Part shown: one piece after another, positions 25,117 through 40,409 of the stretch | How positions within the stretch are numbered: the first letter of the stretch is position 1 | Layout: every line of letters begins with the position of its first letter | Origin: Eledone cirrhosa | Taxonomy: Eukaryota | Length of the DNA: 64,000 nt | Assembly (NCBI GenBank): GCA_964016885.1 | Contig: OZ024764.1 | Span: 27,962,001-28,026,000, forward strand | Direction: 5' to 3' | Made by a program: the position numbers and the translations under genes | The notes under the pieces: generated by a model | Database searches by the model: none | Seen by the model: only the letters and a program-made list of their open reading frames with translations | Told to the model about the DNA's origin: nothing

Positions 25117-26511
25117 AACAGAAGTATTACGGGTATGGAAAAAATTCTAAATAAGCCTACAACAGTCATTGCGGGCCACTCTGACTGGTCAGGTGGGCTC
25201 GATTGTGGCCCGCGGGCCGCCTGTTGCACGCCCCTCCTTTAGACAGAATATCTATCACTGTTAAGTAATACTGTGATCTGTCGGCTAACTACATTTTCCA
25301 GCCTGTGGCGTTTGGGGGAGTCGGGATACTGACTGCGAGATTCCTATCTTCACTGGCGGCTAGCCTGACGAAGGTGACTGGTGAAGCTCGTGAGGGCACT
25401 TGGTTGTTCCAGCTCCTCAGCCTCGCCATCGCCCGAGGTAACGCTGCAGACGTGCTGGCTTGCCTAAAAAATCATTAGAGAGGTTTCCCAGTGCTCCTCG
25501 CGATACTGTTATCTTTTGCTCTAGTAGCAGCTCGTTTGTCCACCCCTTTCGCCTGCCTTTGGTTGTATGTCGTCCTAGATGTGTGTATTACCTGCTTGTG
25601 TGTTGTATGTGGTCCTAGATGTGTGTATTACCTGCTTATGTGGTCCTAGATGTATGTATTACCTGCTGGTGTGTTGTATGTGGTCCCAGATGTGTGGATT
25701 ACCTGTTTTTGTGTTGTATGTGGTCCCAAATGTGTGTGCTACCCGCTTCTGTGATTTGTTGTTTCTTCTTTCTCTCTTCCGAGAAACAATCCTGTATTTT
25801 TTTAATCTATTCCATGCGTTAAGTAATTAGCAGCAACAACAAACTGATTTTCAGTTGTAAAAAGAATCTTTAAACCTTCACCATTTACATTAACACATAC
25901 CATACGTTGTCCCAGCCACAAATAAACAGTAAAAAAAACTTACTTTGCGGTTAAATTCTTCACAATTAAAAGAAAAATATTTCTAACACGTTTCTAGACA
26001 ACACCAAGTTTACACCTTCAATATCCGGTAAAAGTAAAAACAAATTCTGGAGACATTTAACGAAACGAAACTATGTAAAGAAAAACGAAAATTAAACGAA
26101 GACAAGTAGTAAATTTTAATTTTTATTAAATAAAATACCAGTAATTCACTGCAGTAGATTTAATCAACTTTACTCTCTCTGCACGAAAGAAGAAAAAAAT
26201 TCCTGACTTAGTGCTTAATATATAGAGAGGGGGAGAGTTTGGTGTTACTTCATATAGAGAGGGGTATTGGAAGAGAGTGCCGTGTAGTAGATATAGAGAG
26301 GGAGAGAGTGTGTGCTAATTGATATAAAGAGGGGGATTTGCACCCCCCCCCCCCCCGCCGCCTAGAAAAATTCTGAAATGCTTCGACCTCCCTGTACATA
26401 TATATATATATATAGTATACACACACAGACATATATATAGTAAATAAATGTGTGTGTGTATCAGTGGTCCCCAAACTTTTCTGTTCCACACCCCTCCTCT
26501 AAAATATGTTT

Positions 26512-27636
26512 ATGTTCCCCTTTAATATAAAAACAATCCGAGTATTCTGAAAGTATTATTACTGTAATATAAAGTAGAAACCCTTTATTTAAACAAAGCT
26601 ACGATGCAGCGATGATCAAAACAAACTTCTCGTAGGTGCTGCCAAGCGGGGAAAAGTGGATGTATAATGATGATGATATATATATATATGCCCCACCCTT
26701 GCAAACAGGGAAAAGCAGACGTAAAATGAAAATGATGATATATATATAGATATGTATATATATATATTTATACTTATACGTCATGGTGGCTACAGGTGCC
26801 AAGAGGAAGAAGCCGGTCAAATCCTCTGATATTTGTTTATCTTCCTTTCCTTTGTATATATATATATAGTATGTGTGTGTATGAAGATGTATGACCCCTA
26901 GCAAGCCAAACTACAGTTACTCCCCAACATGGAGAGCAAATTAAAACATTACCTGTTAGAGACGAACGTGAAATGATTTGTTAGTGAACTACCGGTGTCA
27001 CAGTAATTATGTTACCGGTGTAACTATTTCTGTTTACCTTATTTTTAAATGACACTCCTATATTAGTTTAGTGACCTTTCAATTCAAATAAATTCTTGAT
27101 GATGATTGAACTCGCATCGGAGTAGCCCAACGCCTTGGCCTCCGCGTGTGTGAGCCACATAAATGCTCTCAACGACATAGTGAGAAGAAGCCTGGACGCA
27201 GCTGAATTTCCATCTCAACTGGAGTCAGCAGGCTTAGGCCGCGGAGATGGCAAGCACCCCGAGGGAATCACCCTCTTCCCATTCGAAGGAGGTAGATCCA
27301 CAAACCCCAGCATCGCTGCCCGTCTCGCAGATGAACATAAAATAAACAAATTCCGGTGTTTGTCCTGGAGCCTCTTCTAAGCACCAGCCGCCGTCGAGAC
27401 CCCGGGCCAACTTGGACCCATTACAGCCGAGCTCCTCCGCAACATCGCAGTGTCTGTGGCCCGTCTGAGGATGGAGTCCCACGAGGTTGGATGCCTGTTG
27501 CAGCAGGTGTTACTGTCCTTACATATATATACGTAAATGTTCCCTTGACTGCTATTTCTAGCATATATTAATAGACACTTTAGAAACAGCAGCTAAAAAT
27601 CAAGAAACAACAGTGTGTGTCTGTATATATATACAC

Positions 27637-27703
<67 letters not shown>

Positions 27704-27787
27704 AGCCAAAGACACGCACACACGAACATACACATACACACAGGTGTATGTCTGCGTGTATGTATATATATGTGTGTGTCTTTTCGT

Positions 27788-27828
<41 letters not shown>

Positions 27829-29765
27829 CAGTGATCCCCCTCGCAACCTTTAATTAAACAAACCTGCGATGAGGCGATGATCAAAATAAACACCAAAGTG
27901 TAAACAAACAGCCCATAGGTGCTGCCGGATACACGATAACATGTGTAGACGAAGTAAAACTTTTATTACTGTAATATAAAGTAGAAACCCTTTATTTAAA
28001 CAAAGCTGCGTGGCAGCGATGATCAAAACAAACTTCAAAGTGTAAACAAACAGCCCATAGGTGCTGCCGGATACACGATAACATGTGTAGACGAAGTAAA
28101 ACTTTTATTACTGTAATATAAAGTAGAAACCCTATATTTAAACAAAGCTGCGATGCAGCGATGATCAAAACAAACTTCAAATAACATGTGTATACGAAGT
28201 GTATCTGGAAGCTTGGTCGTATTATATGACTTTCAAATTGACCCCTATTATATTCAAATTATCCCCTGTGGGGCGTGCACCCCACGTTGAGAATCCCTCA
28301 TAAATAAAAATATGTGAGTGCGTTGCTATGACTGCTATTTCTAGCAGGTTTACTGCAGTCCTGTAGACGCACAACAAAAACCGGAAGTGGCAGCCATTAA
28401 AAAACTTTGGCTTAAAATCAGCCAAAAGATTTTCAATAATAGTAAAATTTTATTTTTGACAAGGACGATAACTTTTGTCTTACTTAATCGCAAAAATCGA
28501 GGCAAAAATGTTGCGGGTGTGCAGTTTACACGCTAAAATAAACCTGCTAGAAATAGCAGTCATAGCAACTCACATATATTTATATATCATATATATATAT
28601 ATATATCAGCCAAACACACACACTTATATATGTACGTGTGTGTGTGTTGACCTCTATATATATATATATAGCAGCCAAACACATACACAGACACACATAT
28701 ATATATATATACATGTGTGTGTATATGTGTGTGTTTGTGTGTGTGTCCTCCTCTCGTCTATGGCTGTTATTTTTACATTGTCCTTCTTTTTGTTATTTTT
28801 CTCGGGATTTGCCCGGATTCGAACATGCGACCACCTATTTACAATATAGAATCTTTACAGCTTTACTGACTTTTAAGTAATCCAAGTTGTAACCCCGGAT
28901 TTAGTAGTGTTTAATTTATTTTGAAGTATTTTATTATTGGCCTTAGTTAGACGATCGTCCAAGACCATGCTGGGGCATATATATATATATGTATATATAT
29001 GTGTGTGTGTGTGTGTATGCTGGGGCATATATATATATGTGTGTGTGTGTGTATATATATATATATGTGTGTGTGTGCTGGGGCATATATATATATGTGT
29101 GTGTGTGTATATATATATATATGTGTGTGTGTCCTTTCTGTTATTCGCTGCTATTTCTAAAGTGTCAATATATATATCATATATATATATATATGATATA
29201 TAAATATATGTAAGTGAGTTGCTATGACTGCTATTTCTAGCAGGTTTATTTTTAGCGTGTAAACTGCACACCCTCAAAATTTTTGCCTCGATTTTTGCGA
29301 TTAAGTAAGACAAAAGTTATCGTCCTTGTCAAAAATAAAATTTTACTATTATTGAAAATCTTTTGGCTGATTTTAAGCCAAAGTTTTTTAATGGCTGCCA
29401 CTTCCGGTTTTTGTTGTGCGTCTACAGGACTGCAGTAAACCTGCTAGAAATAGCAGTCATAGCAACACACTCACATATATTTATTTATGAGGGATTCTCA
29501 ACGTGGGGTGCACGCCCCACAGGGGATAATTTGAATATAATAGGGGTCAATTTGAAAGTCATATAATACGACCCAACTCCCTGTTACACTTCGTATACAC
29601 ATGTTATCGTGTATCTGGCAGCACCTGCGAGAAGTGTGTTTACATTTTGGGGTTTGCTTTGATGATCGCTGCATCGCAGCTTTGTTTAAATAAAGGGTTT
29701 CTACTTTATATTACAGTAATAACACTTTTACAAGACTCGGATTGTTTTTATATTAAAGGGGACAT
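26512..29765. mobile_element. Fold-back element, copy 2 (extra 142-bp module in the left arm)
   Basis: Identical ORFs at 28222- and 29363+. ORFs 27850 and 27992 are offset by 142 bp. Confidence 0.8.
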
Positions 29766-31788
29766 GTTTTTTAAACTCTGAACTCAGCATCTTTCTGTTG
29801 TTCTCCGGGATTCTAGCAAAGTATAAAAATATATATATATATATAGCTGGCAGTCAACCTCAGACTCGAAAAAGCCGCCGCTAATCGTGATCGTTGGGGT
29901 TATAATTAGACTAAAAGTGCTTCCACTGGGCACCATTAGCTGATTGTGATCATTGGAGAATTCTTTCTGCGCTGAAAGAGCCTAGGACTAAAAGATATAT
30001 ATATAGATGTCGAAACGGCAGTAGCACAGCCGTTGGGGTCCTGAATATTTTCACATCTATATATGTGTGTGTATTCTGCGACATTTATAATTACATAAGC
30101 AAGCATATTTGAATAACAAAATTTGAGGTTTAAATACTTTATTTTTTACCAATAACATAGAGAAAGGCATGAACAACACCACATGTTAATTACTTTAATA
30201 TTGAAAGTAGGCTTATAAATATTAAAAAAGCAGATTTTTGTATCTTTCATGGTGGTCTGGTGGGTGATACCAGAGATGGTGGTAGTCCTGGTTTCGGTTT
30301 CAATCCCGGTCATGGGTTACATATAAGGTCTCATTTTTTTTTTTTTTCTTTCTTTCAGTTTTCTTCTTATCTCTAGATATAAATATATATACATAAGGTA
30401 ATTTGGTAGAATTGTTAGAACATCAGATAGAATTCTTTGCAGTATTTTTCCAGTTCTTTACTCTGAGTTCAACTTTACCTTTCTTCCATTCGGTGTCGAT
30501 AAGTCTTGAATATGTCTAACGTAGCAATAATTGGAGCTACTTAACCAAGTTTTCCCAACCTAGTCGATGTCACCTACTGGTTGGCGATTTAAACTGTTGG
30601 CTGGGACAATGACCAACTAATCAGTCAGATTCGAACTCACTATGTCTGGCATATATTTTATATTTTATATTTGAATGAAGTTCTGTAAGTAACCTGGTGG
30701 CTTAGATGGCAATACTGCTCGAATAGATGGCTTCTATTATGAAGTTATAAGTTCATTCCCTATCCAGGATTGTAGAATTAATTTTATTTAGTTATTATTT
30801 AATCAATTGTTTTAACAAACAAATTATATCTATAAAACGCCAAATATAGTGAGTTCAAATCTGACTGACATGCATGGTATATATTTATGTTTCATTATAC
30901 AACGACACAATACACAGGAACTTATAAAGATATGTATATATTGTCCAGGAGTTTCGAGTTTAGTGGGAATTGGTACAACTCTCAATTGGAGCTAGTTCCT
31001 GCAAGATCAGCATAAATAATGTTATACCTTTTCATGAAATCTTGCACACCCGATGTTTTATACATGATTATTTAAAGGTGAACAAAAACCAAAGAACATT
31101 GTGCAGCATTTCTCAACCTTTCTACCCATGTCGATCTCTTGAAATAGTTTTTATGTCTCAGGGAAGCCCTGCATAAAATATACTTTTTCTATCTCTAGAG
31201 CAGTGGTTCCCAAATCGTGTGCTGCGAGATGAAACAAGATGAGCTGCAAAAGACTAAGATTAAGTTTTAAGATGTGAAAAATATAAAACTGAAATTTCAT
31301 ATAAAAGTTCAAATATAGCTACAGCCACAAACCTAGGCTCCACACCCCGCAATGCAAAGGATAGTAAGATAGTACCAAGGCCTGACTCACCTCTTCCACT
31401 CCATTGAGACCTCTGCCATACTTGGTCCCTGTACTGCTGATTTCCTCCATAAAGTCGGGAGGAAAGACGACAGGAGCCTCATGAGGAGGGGCGACTATTG
31501 TAGCAGGTGTCTCTGGCCTTGCTCCGAGGTAACGCTTTTACGTTTCTTCCACAGGTTGCGGCTGAGGGACCACTTAGACTGGGGTGAAGTGTCTGTCCCT
31601 CCCCCGACTTCTTACTTCTTTTTTTTTCTCCTTTTCATTTTCTTTTCTCTTCTTGCTTATCTCTGCTATACCACGGCATCAAAAACATATATGATATGTG
31701 TATGTATGGTATAGGTGTATTTATATTTAGGATAGTTATCAAAGGTAAATAGACTGGTTGAAGCAATAACAGTCTTGTTTATGTATAT

Positions 31789-31822
<34 letters not shown>

Positions 31823-32144
31823 CTGTTTGTTCTTGTATTTCCATAGAAAAGGTAAAGAAAAGAAGAATGCTCTATGTATTGTACAGAGCTATTTAATTAC
31901 ATAATAAACAACTGAATATAATTATTCCATGCAAATAGACTTAGACTGGAAAACATTCAGACAGAGAAGAATGGATAATGAGCGTCGTAAGAGAAATTGG
32001 CCAACAATTAATATTAATGGAAATGTAGAAGGATTTCATATTAGTGATATGAATGTTTTGTGTGATCACTGTGGAGCTTTGAAATTTAGAAATGAAAATT
32101 GTAACTGTTGTAATAAAGGAAAGGTTGTGTTGCCACCATTGCAA

Positions 32145-32823
32145 ATATACCCTGAGAGACTGAGAAATCTCTTTGAAAGAGATTTCTCAGTCTCTCAGGG
32201 TATATATTCCCGCCGTTGAAATAAAAATTTTAATAGAAAAACGGCGGGAATATATGTTACAACCCAATCTATATATATTTGGGTTGTAACATATATTCCC
32301 GCCGTTGAAATAAAAATTTTAATAGGAAAACGGCGGGAACATATGTTACAACCCAATCTATATATATTTGGGTTGTAACATATATTCCCGCCGTTGAAAT
32401 AAAAATTTTAACATAAAAACGGCGGGAATATATATTACAACCCAAACATATATAGGTTGGGTTGTAACATATATTCCCGCTGTTTTTCTATTAAAATTTT
32501 TATTTCAACGGCGGGAATATATGTTACAACCCAAAATATATAGATTGCGTTGTAACATATATTCCCGCCGTTTTTCTATTAAAATTTTTATTTCAACGGC
32601 GGGAATATATGTTACAACCCAAAAATATGTAGCTTGGATTGTAACATATATTCCCGCCGTTTTTCTATTAAAATTTTTATTTCAACGGCGGGAATATATG
32701 TTACAACTCAAATATATATAGATTGGGTTGTAACATATATTCCCGCCGTTTTTCTATTAAAATTTTTATTTCACCGGCAGGAATATGTTACAACCCAAAT
32801 ATATATATATTGAGTTGTAACAT
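32145..32823. repeat. Snap-back hairpin plus 89-bp double-hairpin array, copy 2 (3 forward + 4 reverse units)
   Basis: Forward units at ~32204, 32293, 32382; reverse units at ~32471, 32560, 32649, 32738. Confidence 0.93.
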
Positions 32824-34282
32824 GGGTTACATATAAGGTCTCATTTTTTTTCTTTTCTTTCTTTCAGTTTTCTTCTTATCTCTAGATATAAATATATATA
32901 CATAAGGTAACTTGGTAGAATTGTTAGAACATCAGATAGAATTCTTTGCAGTATTTTTCCAGTTCTTTACTCTGAGTTCAACTTTACCTTTCTTCCATTC
33001 AGTGTCGATAAGTCTTGAATATGTCTAACGTAGCAATAACTGGAGCTACTTAACCAAGTTTTCCCAACCTAGTCGATGTCACCTACTGGTTGGCGATTTA
33101 AACTGTTGGCTGGGACAATGACCAACTAATCAGTCAGATTCGAACTCACTATGTCTGGCATATATTTTATATTTTATATTTGAATGAAGTTCTGTAAGTA
33201 ACCTGGTGGCTTAGATGGCAATACTGCTCGAATAGATGGCTTCTAGCTCATTCCCTATCCAGGATTGTAGAATTAATTTTATTTAGTTATTATTTAATCA
33301 ATTGTTTTAACAAACAAATTATATCTATAAAACGCCAAATATAGTGAGTTCAAATCTGACTGACATGCATGGTATATATTTATGTTTCATTATACAGCGA
33401 CACAATACACAGGAACTTATAAAGATATGTATATATTGTCCAGGAGTTTCGAGTTTAGTGGGAATTGGTACAACTCTCAGTTGGAGCTAGTCCCTGCAAG
33501 ATCAGCATAAATAATGTTATACCTTTTCATGAAATCTTGCACACCCGATATTTTATACATGATTATTTAAAGGTGAACAAAAACCAAAGAACATTGTGCA
33601 GCATTCTCAACCTTTCTACCCATGTCGATCTCTTGAAATAGTTTTTATGTCTCAGGGAAGCCCTGCATAAAATATACTTTTTCTATCTCTAGAGCAGTGG
33701 TTCCCAAATCGTGTGCTGAGAGATGAAACAAGATGAGCTGCAAAAGACTAAGATTAAGTTTTATGATGTGAAAAATATAAAACTGAAATTTCATATAAAA
33801 GTTCAAATATAGCTACAGCCACAAACCTAGGCTCCACACCCCGCAATGCAGAGGATAGTAAGATAGTACCAAGGCCTGACTCACCTCTTCCACTCCATTG
33901 AGACCTCTGCCATACTTGGTCCCTGTACTGCTGATTTCCTCCATAAAGTCGGGAGGAAAGACGACAGGAGCCTCATGAGGAGGGGCGACTATTGTAGCAG
34001 GTGTCTCTGGCCTTGCTCTGAGGTAACGCTTTTACGTTTCTTCCACAGGTTGCGGCTGAGGGACCACTTAGACTGGGGTGAAGTGTCTGTCCCTCCCCCG
34101 ACTTCTTACTTCTTTTTTTTTCTCATTTTCATTTTCTTTTCTCTTCTTGCTTATCTCTGCGATACCACGGCATCAAAAACATATATGATATATGTATGTA
34201 TGGTATAGGTGTATTTATATTTAGGATAGTTATCAAAGGTAAATAGACTGGTTGGAGCAATAACAGTCTTGTTTATGTATGT

Positions 34283-34339
<57 letters not shown>

Positions 34340-34440
34340 TGTTCTTGTATTTCCATAGAAAAGGTAAAGAAAAGAAGAATGCTCTATGTATTGTACAGAG
34401 CTATTTAATTACATAATAAACAACAGAATATAATTATTCC

Positions 34441-37400
34441 ATGCAAATAGACTTAGAATGGAAAACATTCAGACAGAGAAGAATGGATAATGAGCGTCGT
34501 AAGAGAAATTGGCCAACAATTAATATTAATGGAAATGTAGAAGAATTTCATATTAGTGATATGAATGTTTCGTGTGATCACTGTGGAGCTTTGAAATTTA
34601 GAAATGAAAATTGTAACTGTTGTAATAAAGGAAAGGTTGTGTTGCCTCCATTGCAAATATACCCTGAGAGACTGAGAAATCTCTTTGAAAGAGGCCAGGA
34701 AGCAGTTGATTTCACAGAAACATCTGCAATTAAAACTACATTTATTTCACTTCATTTGGTGTTACCACCCGGCAGAGGCCCGTATAGATTTCATATTCAG
34801 GGTCAAACATATCAATACACACCCATCTCTGTAACCTGCAGAAAATACACCACAATATGGCCAGTTATATATTATTGATGGGAACGAAGGTGTGTAGCAC
34901 AGATTGGAAGTACAACCAAATAATTGTTTCTGGCACAAGGCCAGCAATTACTGGTACTTTATTCTATCGACCTCATAAGGATGAAAACAAAGTCAACCTT
35001 AGAGGGATTTGAACCCAGAACGTAAAGGGCCATAACCCTATGCTGCAAAGCATGGTGTCTGATGCTCTACCGATACTGCCAATCCACTGCCCTAGTCCCA
35101 ACAAATAATGACTGCTCACCACAAAAAATGGCTATGATAAGAGAGGTGTTGCATGAATATAATCCATATGTCGAAGTGTACAATACAATGCATGGCATCA
35201 CAAATGAATATATATATATATATATATACTACTAAAGTGTATGTAAAATTTTAAAATAAATACTTAAATTCAATTTGTATAATTACACATACAATATGTT
35301 TTGTTGTAAAACCCTAAATAATGATTTAAGAAATGATGTCAATCTCTTTGTACAGAGAAAAACAATTTATATATATGCATCGTGTGCGCGTGTATACTCC
35401 ATTTAAGACAGCGAAAAACCTAGTACCTCCTTCAAAGAATGCCAAATAGTTTATGCCTAAGGTGTAACACTAATTAAGTTACTGGTATAGATATTTCAGT
35501 TGAACCTTGCTTCAAACATGCATATTATTATTATATATTTTCAAACACACTTACATACATTATATTTATACACATAGAAATGTTAAAACTAAAGTATAAT
35601 GATATAACAACAGTATATAATAGTTTTCTTCACTTTATTGAGATGCAATCGTTTTAAAGAAAAAACATGACAGTATAAGAAATATTTAATATGATAACAT
35701 AATATTTCAGGTAGGATGGTGGTTTCTCTTTGAACTAATAATTGTTTCTACTTTAGGCACAAGGCCAGCAATTAACCAGTACATTACTGGTACTTTATTT
35801 TATCGACCCCGTAAGGATGAAAGGCAAAGTTAACCTCGGATCGTAAAGGGACGTAACTATGCTGGAAAGCATGGCGTCAGACCCTCTACCGATACTGCCA
35901 ATTCACCATACAGTATAATTATACAAATATGCATATAGATAGCAATATATATACACTAATATGTATGTACATATTTATACATATATACATATATATAGGG
36001 AGAGAGAGAGACACATGTATGTATATATATATACACATGCGTGTATGTATGTGTTTATGTACATTCTTCGGTATATATATATAAGTCACGGTTTATTACA
36101 CATTGGAGACACAGAGAGAAAGAGTTGAAACGAGAGGTGAGAGAGTTGAAACAAGAGAGGAGAGAGTTGAAACGAGAAAAGAGAGAGAGAGTTGAAACGA
36201 GAGGAGAGAGAGAGAGAGTTGTAATGAGAGGAGAGAGAGAGAGAGAGTTGAAACGAGAGGAGAGAGAGTTGAAACGAGGAGAGAGTTGAAACAAGAGGGT
36301 GAGGGGAGAGAGGGGAGAGAGTGATGAAACGAGTCGGAGATAGAGTGTGAAAGAGAGAGAGAGAGGAAGAGAGATAGAGAGAGGAAGAGAGAGAGAGAGG
36401 AAGAGAGAGAGAGAGAAAGAGAGAGAGATAGGAAGAGAGAGAGAGGAAGAGAGAGAGAGGAAGAGGGAGAGGGGGGATGAAACAAGAGGGTGAGGGATGA
36501 AACAAGAGAGAGAGGGGAGAGAAAGAGAGAGGGGAGAGAAAGAGAGAGAGAGAGAGAGAACGAATTGAAACAAGAGAGAGATGAAACAAGTGAGGGATTA
36601 GAGAGAGATGAAACAAGTGAGGGATTAGAGTGTTGAAACAAGAGAGAGAGGAAGAGAGAGAGAGAGCAAGATGGAACGAGAGAGAGAGAGTGAGAGCGAG
36701 ATGAAACTAGAGAGAGAGAGAGTGAGATGAAATGAGAGAGAGAGAGCGAGATGAAACGAGAGAGAGAGAGAGAGAGAGCGAGATGAAATGAGACAGAGAG
36801 AGCGAGATGAAACGAGAGAGAGAGAGAGCGAGATGAAATGAGAGAGTGAGTGCGAGATGAAATGAGAGAGAGTGAGAGCGAGATGAAATGAGAGAGAGAG
36901 AGCGAGATGAAACGAGAGAGAGAGAGAGCGAGATGAAATGAGAGAGAGTCAGAGCGAGATGAAATGAGAGAGTGAGAGCGAGATGAAATGAGAGAGAGAG
37001 AGCGAGATGAAATGAGAGAGAGTGAGAGCGAGATGAAATGAGAGAGAGAGAGCGAGATGAAATGAGAGAGAGAGGAAACGAGACTAGAGAGCGAGATGAA
37101 ACAGGAGAGAGAGAGCGAGATGAAACAGGAGAGAGAGAGCGAGATGAAACAGGAGAGAGAGAGCGAGATGAAACGAGAGGGAGAGAGAGATGAAATGAGA
37201 GAGCGAGAGAGAGATAGAGGGAGATGAAACGACAGAGAGAGAGACAGATGAAACGAGAGAGAGAAATAGAGATGAAACGAGAGAGAGGAAGAGAGAGATG
37301 GAACGAGAGAGAGGAAGAGAGAGATGGAATGAGAGAGAGGAAGACAGAGATGAAATGAGAGAGAGGAAGACAGAGATGAAACGAGAGAGAGAGAGAGCGA

Positions 37401-39414
37401 GATGAAACTCTGTCATGTAATGTTATGGACATATCTGCCCCTGGGGCTAATAATTGTCATGTAATGTTATGGTCATCTCTGCCCCTGTGGTTAATAATTC
37501 TGTCATGTAATGTTATGGTCATCTCTGCACCTGTGGCTAATAAATCTGTCATGTAATGTTATGGTCATCTCTGCCCTTGTGGCTAATAATTATGTCATGT
37601 AATGTTATGGTCATCTCTGCCCCTGTGGCTAATAATTCTGTCATGTAATGTTATGGACATCTCTGCCCCTGTGGCTAATAATTCTGACATGTAATGTTAT
37701 GGACATCTCTGCCCCGGTGGCTAATAATTCTGACATGTAATGTTATGGACATCTCTGCCCCTGTGGCTAATAATTCTGACATGTAATGTTATGGACATTG
37801 CTATCTTGTTTCATCTCAAACAGCAAAGTGCAAGAAGAGAAAATTGTCGTGTACAGAACTGTGAATTAAGATTTAGAAGAGGATCAGATATGAGCTGCTC
37901 TAATTTACCAACTAGTAATGATAGCTGTTGTTTTGTGGGGGATTGAGGGCACACCACCTGTACAAAGAGATATTATCATCTTTCCTAAAGACCATCCTCC
38001 TCAGAAAATACCACATAATTCATGCCACTTGGACCTCATGACCGACCGATAATGGTGAATTTTGGTGGCATAGTGCCATGGAGAGGAATGTAGGACCTGT
38101 GTTTGCAATAGACTGACAATGCAGGAGTATTACATATACTGTATAGCATATAGAGGAGGATTTAGTGCGATATATAGGGCAGGTAAATTATTTTAGCAGT
38201 ATTTAGTGGATGCCTATATGAAAGTAGAGGGATGCAGGCTTCAATATTTGAGGAACAATCAAGCCCAATTGTGAGTGGATGAGTATAATGGTTTAATGAA
38301 TTATCTAAACAGATGATAACACTGAGCCTTAAAAAATGAAGACAAGATAAGAAACAGAGAAGACATTGACAGAATCGTGTCAGCAGAAATACCTGCATTG
38401 GAAGATGATCCAGTACTACATGAGCAGGTTTAAAAGTTTATGATCCACAGACCATGTGGTTCTGGAAACCCTTTTCCCCCATTTATACAAAATGGATTTT
38501 TCAAAAAGAACTATCCAAAAACCTACAGAAGGGAAACATTATTGAACCTAAATAGATACCCAGAGTACAGGAGGTGCAAGACAGGAACTGCAGTGTAAAT
38601 TGGATGACATTCAGTAGATAACAGGAATGTTGTGCCATTTAATGCCTTTTTGCTTAAGAAATATTGTGCACATATTAATGTTGAAGTTTGCGCTTCTGTA
38701 AAAAGTGTCAAGTACCTCTTTAAATATGTTACATGGGGCATGATTGTACATCTATAGAAGTAACAAATAATGCATTACCTAATGAGGCTCAGAACCAACA
38801 CAACCATGATGAAATAAGAACCTATCTTTGTTGCAGGTATGTGTCTCAGCCAGAAGCAGTGTCGTGTCTCTCGGAATTTAAGCTTCATGGTACATCACAT
38901 ACAGTATACAGCCTAGCCACACACCTGGAGAACAAACAGAGTTTACTTTCAAAGAGGCAATGCTCAGGTTGTGGTAGAAATGCAGGGACCCTTGCTGCCT
39001 GGTTCAAGCTAAATGAACTTGCTTACACCTTCTGGGATGCCGCCTCACAAACTCCAATTATAAGCAGGATCAATAATAATGCTTCTATGGAATATTTCAA
39101 TCCAGAACAGATTATGTAATGGCACAAGATTAGAAGTAGTAGAACTGCATAAACATTTTATCAAAGCTTCTCATATCTATGGTCCTTTGATGGGCAGGTG
39201 TGTTTTGATCCCAAGACTGAAGTTATCCCCCAGTGGTGCCAACATCCCTTTTACTTTGGAAAGACCCCAGTTTCCATTAAGACTGTCATATGCCATGACA
39301 ATCAACAAGAACCATGGTCAAATACATGATAAAGTGGGTCTGTTCCTCCCTGAGCAAGTATTTAACCCTGGACAATTGTATGTTGCTTTTTCAAGAGTTC
39401 ACAGACAGATGTAA
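34441..39414 (+). mobile_element. Helitron relic, copy 3, split by the same insertion
   Basis: ORFs at 34441, 38733 and 39079 match copy 2. Break at 35200/37819. Confidence 0.92.
35201..37818 (-). repeat. Second copy of the inverted-satellite insertion
   Basis: Same junctions and content as 20079-22690. Confidence 0.92.
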
Positions 39415-39987
39415 AAATTAATCCTAGCAAACCCCCACCACTCCTACAACTGTTAGCTGTTAGCCCACCCCCAGCACCACCCAACCTCCGTTCTAGTCCC
39501 ACCGTTAGAACCAATGCTGCTTACCCTGCCTCTTTTACTAGTTCACTCCGTCGCTCGAATTTCAAAGCTGGCCCTCTACACTTGGTCGTTGCCAGCTCAC
39601 CACCTGGTTGTGCTCTCTGTGTCCGCACTAGCCGGTACCTAAACACAATAAAATGTCACCTGTGCTACCAAAACTACCACAGGAACTCTGTCGGCATCAG
39701 AAAGGCTCAAGCCGAAAGGCTTCAATACTAGACCTGTAATCAGGGCCACTGTACCTCCGACGACCAGCTTTCTACCGAGTGTGTGTTGATGGAGGGGACA
39801 TGAGACCAGCAAAGTCCTAGGAGTAGAGACTAGTAAATAATAAACGGTCCTAGCTATGTTAAGAATATATATAAGAAAAATGTTCTATACATTTAAGAAG
39901 ACAAGAGAAATAAATATTTACCTCTTTCATGTAGGTAATATAGCGGTGTTATAAAAGTATAATAACTGATGCAGGTAGTTTGTTTCA

Positions 39988-40409
39988 AACTATAACACAT
40001 ATAACTCTATCAGTGAAGCCCTTTAGTATAGGTCAACTGGGAAACTATAACACATATAACCCTATCAGTGAAGTCCTTTAGCATAGGTCAACTGGGAAAC
40101 GATAACACACATAACCCTATCAGTGAAGTCCTTTAGTATAGGTCAACTGGGAAACTATAACACATATAACCCTATCAGTGAAGTCCTTTAGTATAGGTCA
40201 ACTGGGAAACTATAACACATATAACCCTATCAGTGAAGCCCTCTGGGAAACTATAACACATATAACTCTATCAGTGAAGCCCTTTAGTATAGGTCAACTG
40301 GGAAACTATAACACATATAACCCTATCAGTGAAGTCCTTTAGTATAGGTCAACTGGGAAATTATAACACATATAACCCTATCAGTGAAGTCCTTTAGTAT
40401 AGGTCAACT
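39988..40409 (+). repeat. 55-bp minisatellite, 8 units
   Basis: Same monomer as 9455. Confidence 0.93.
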
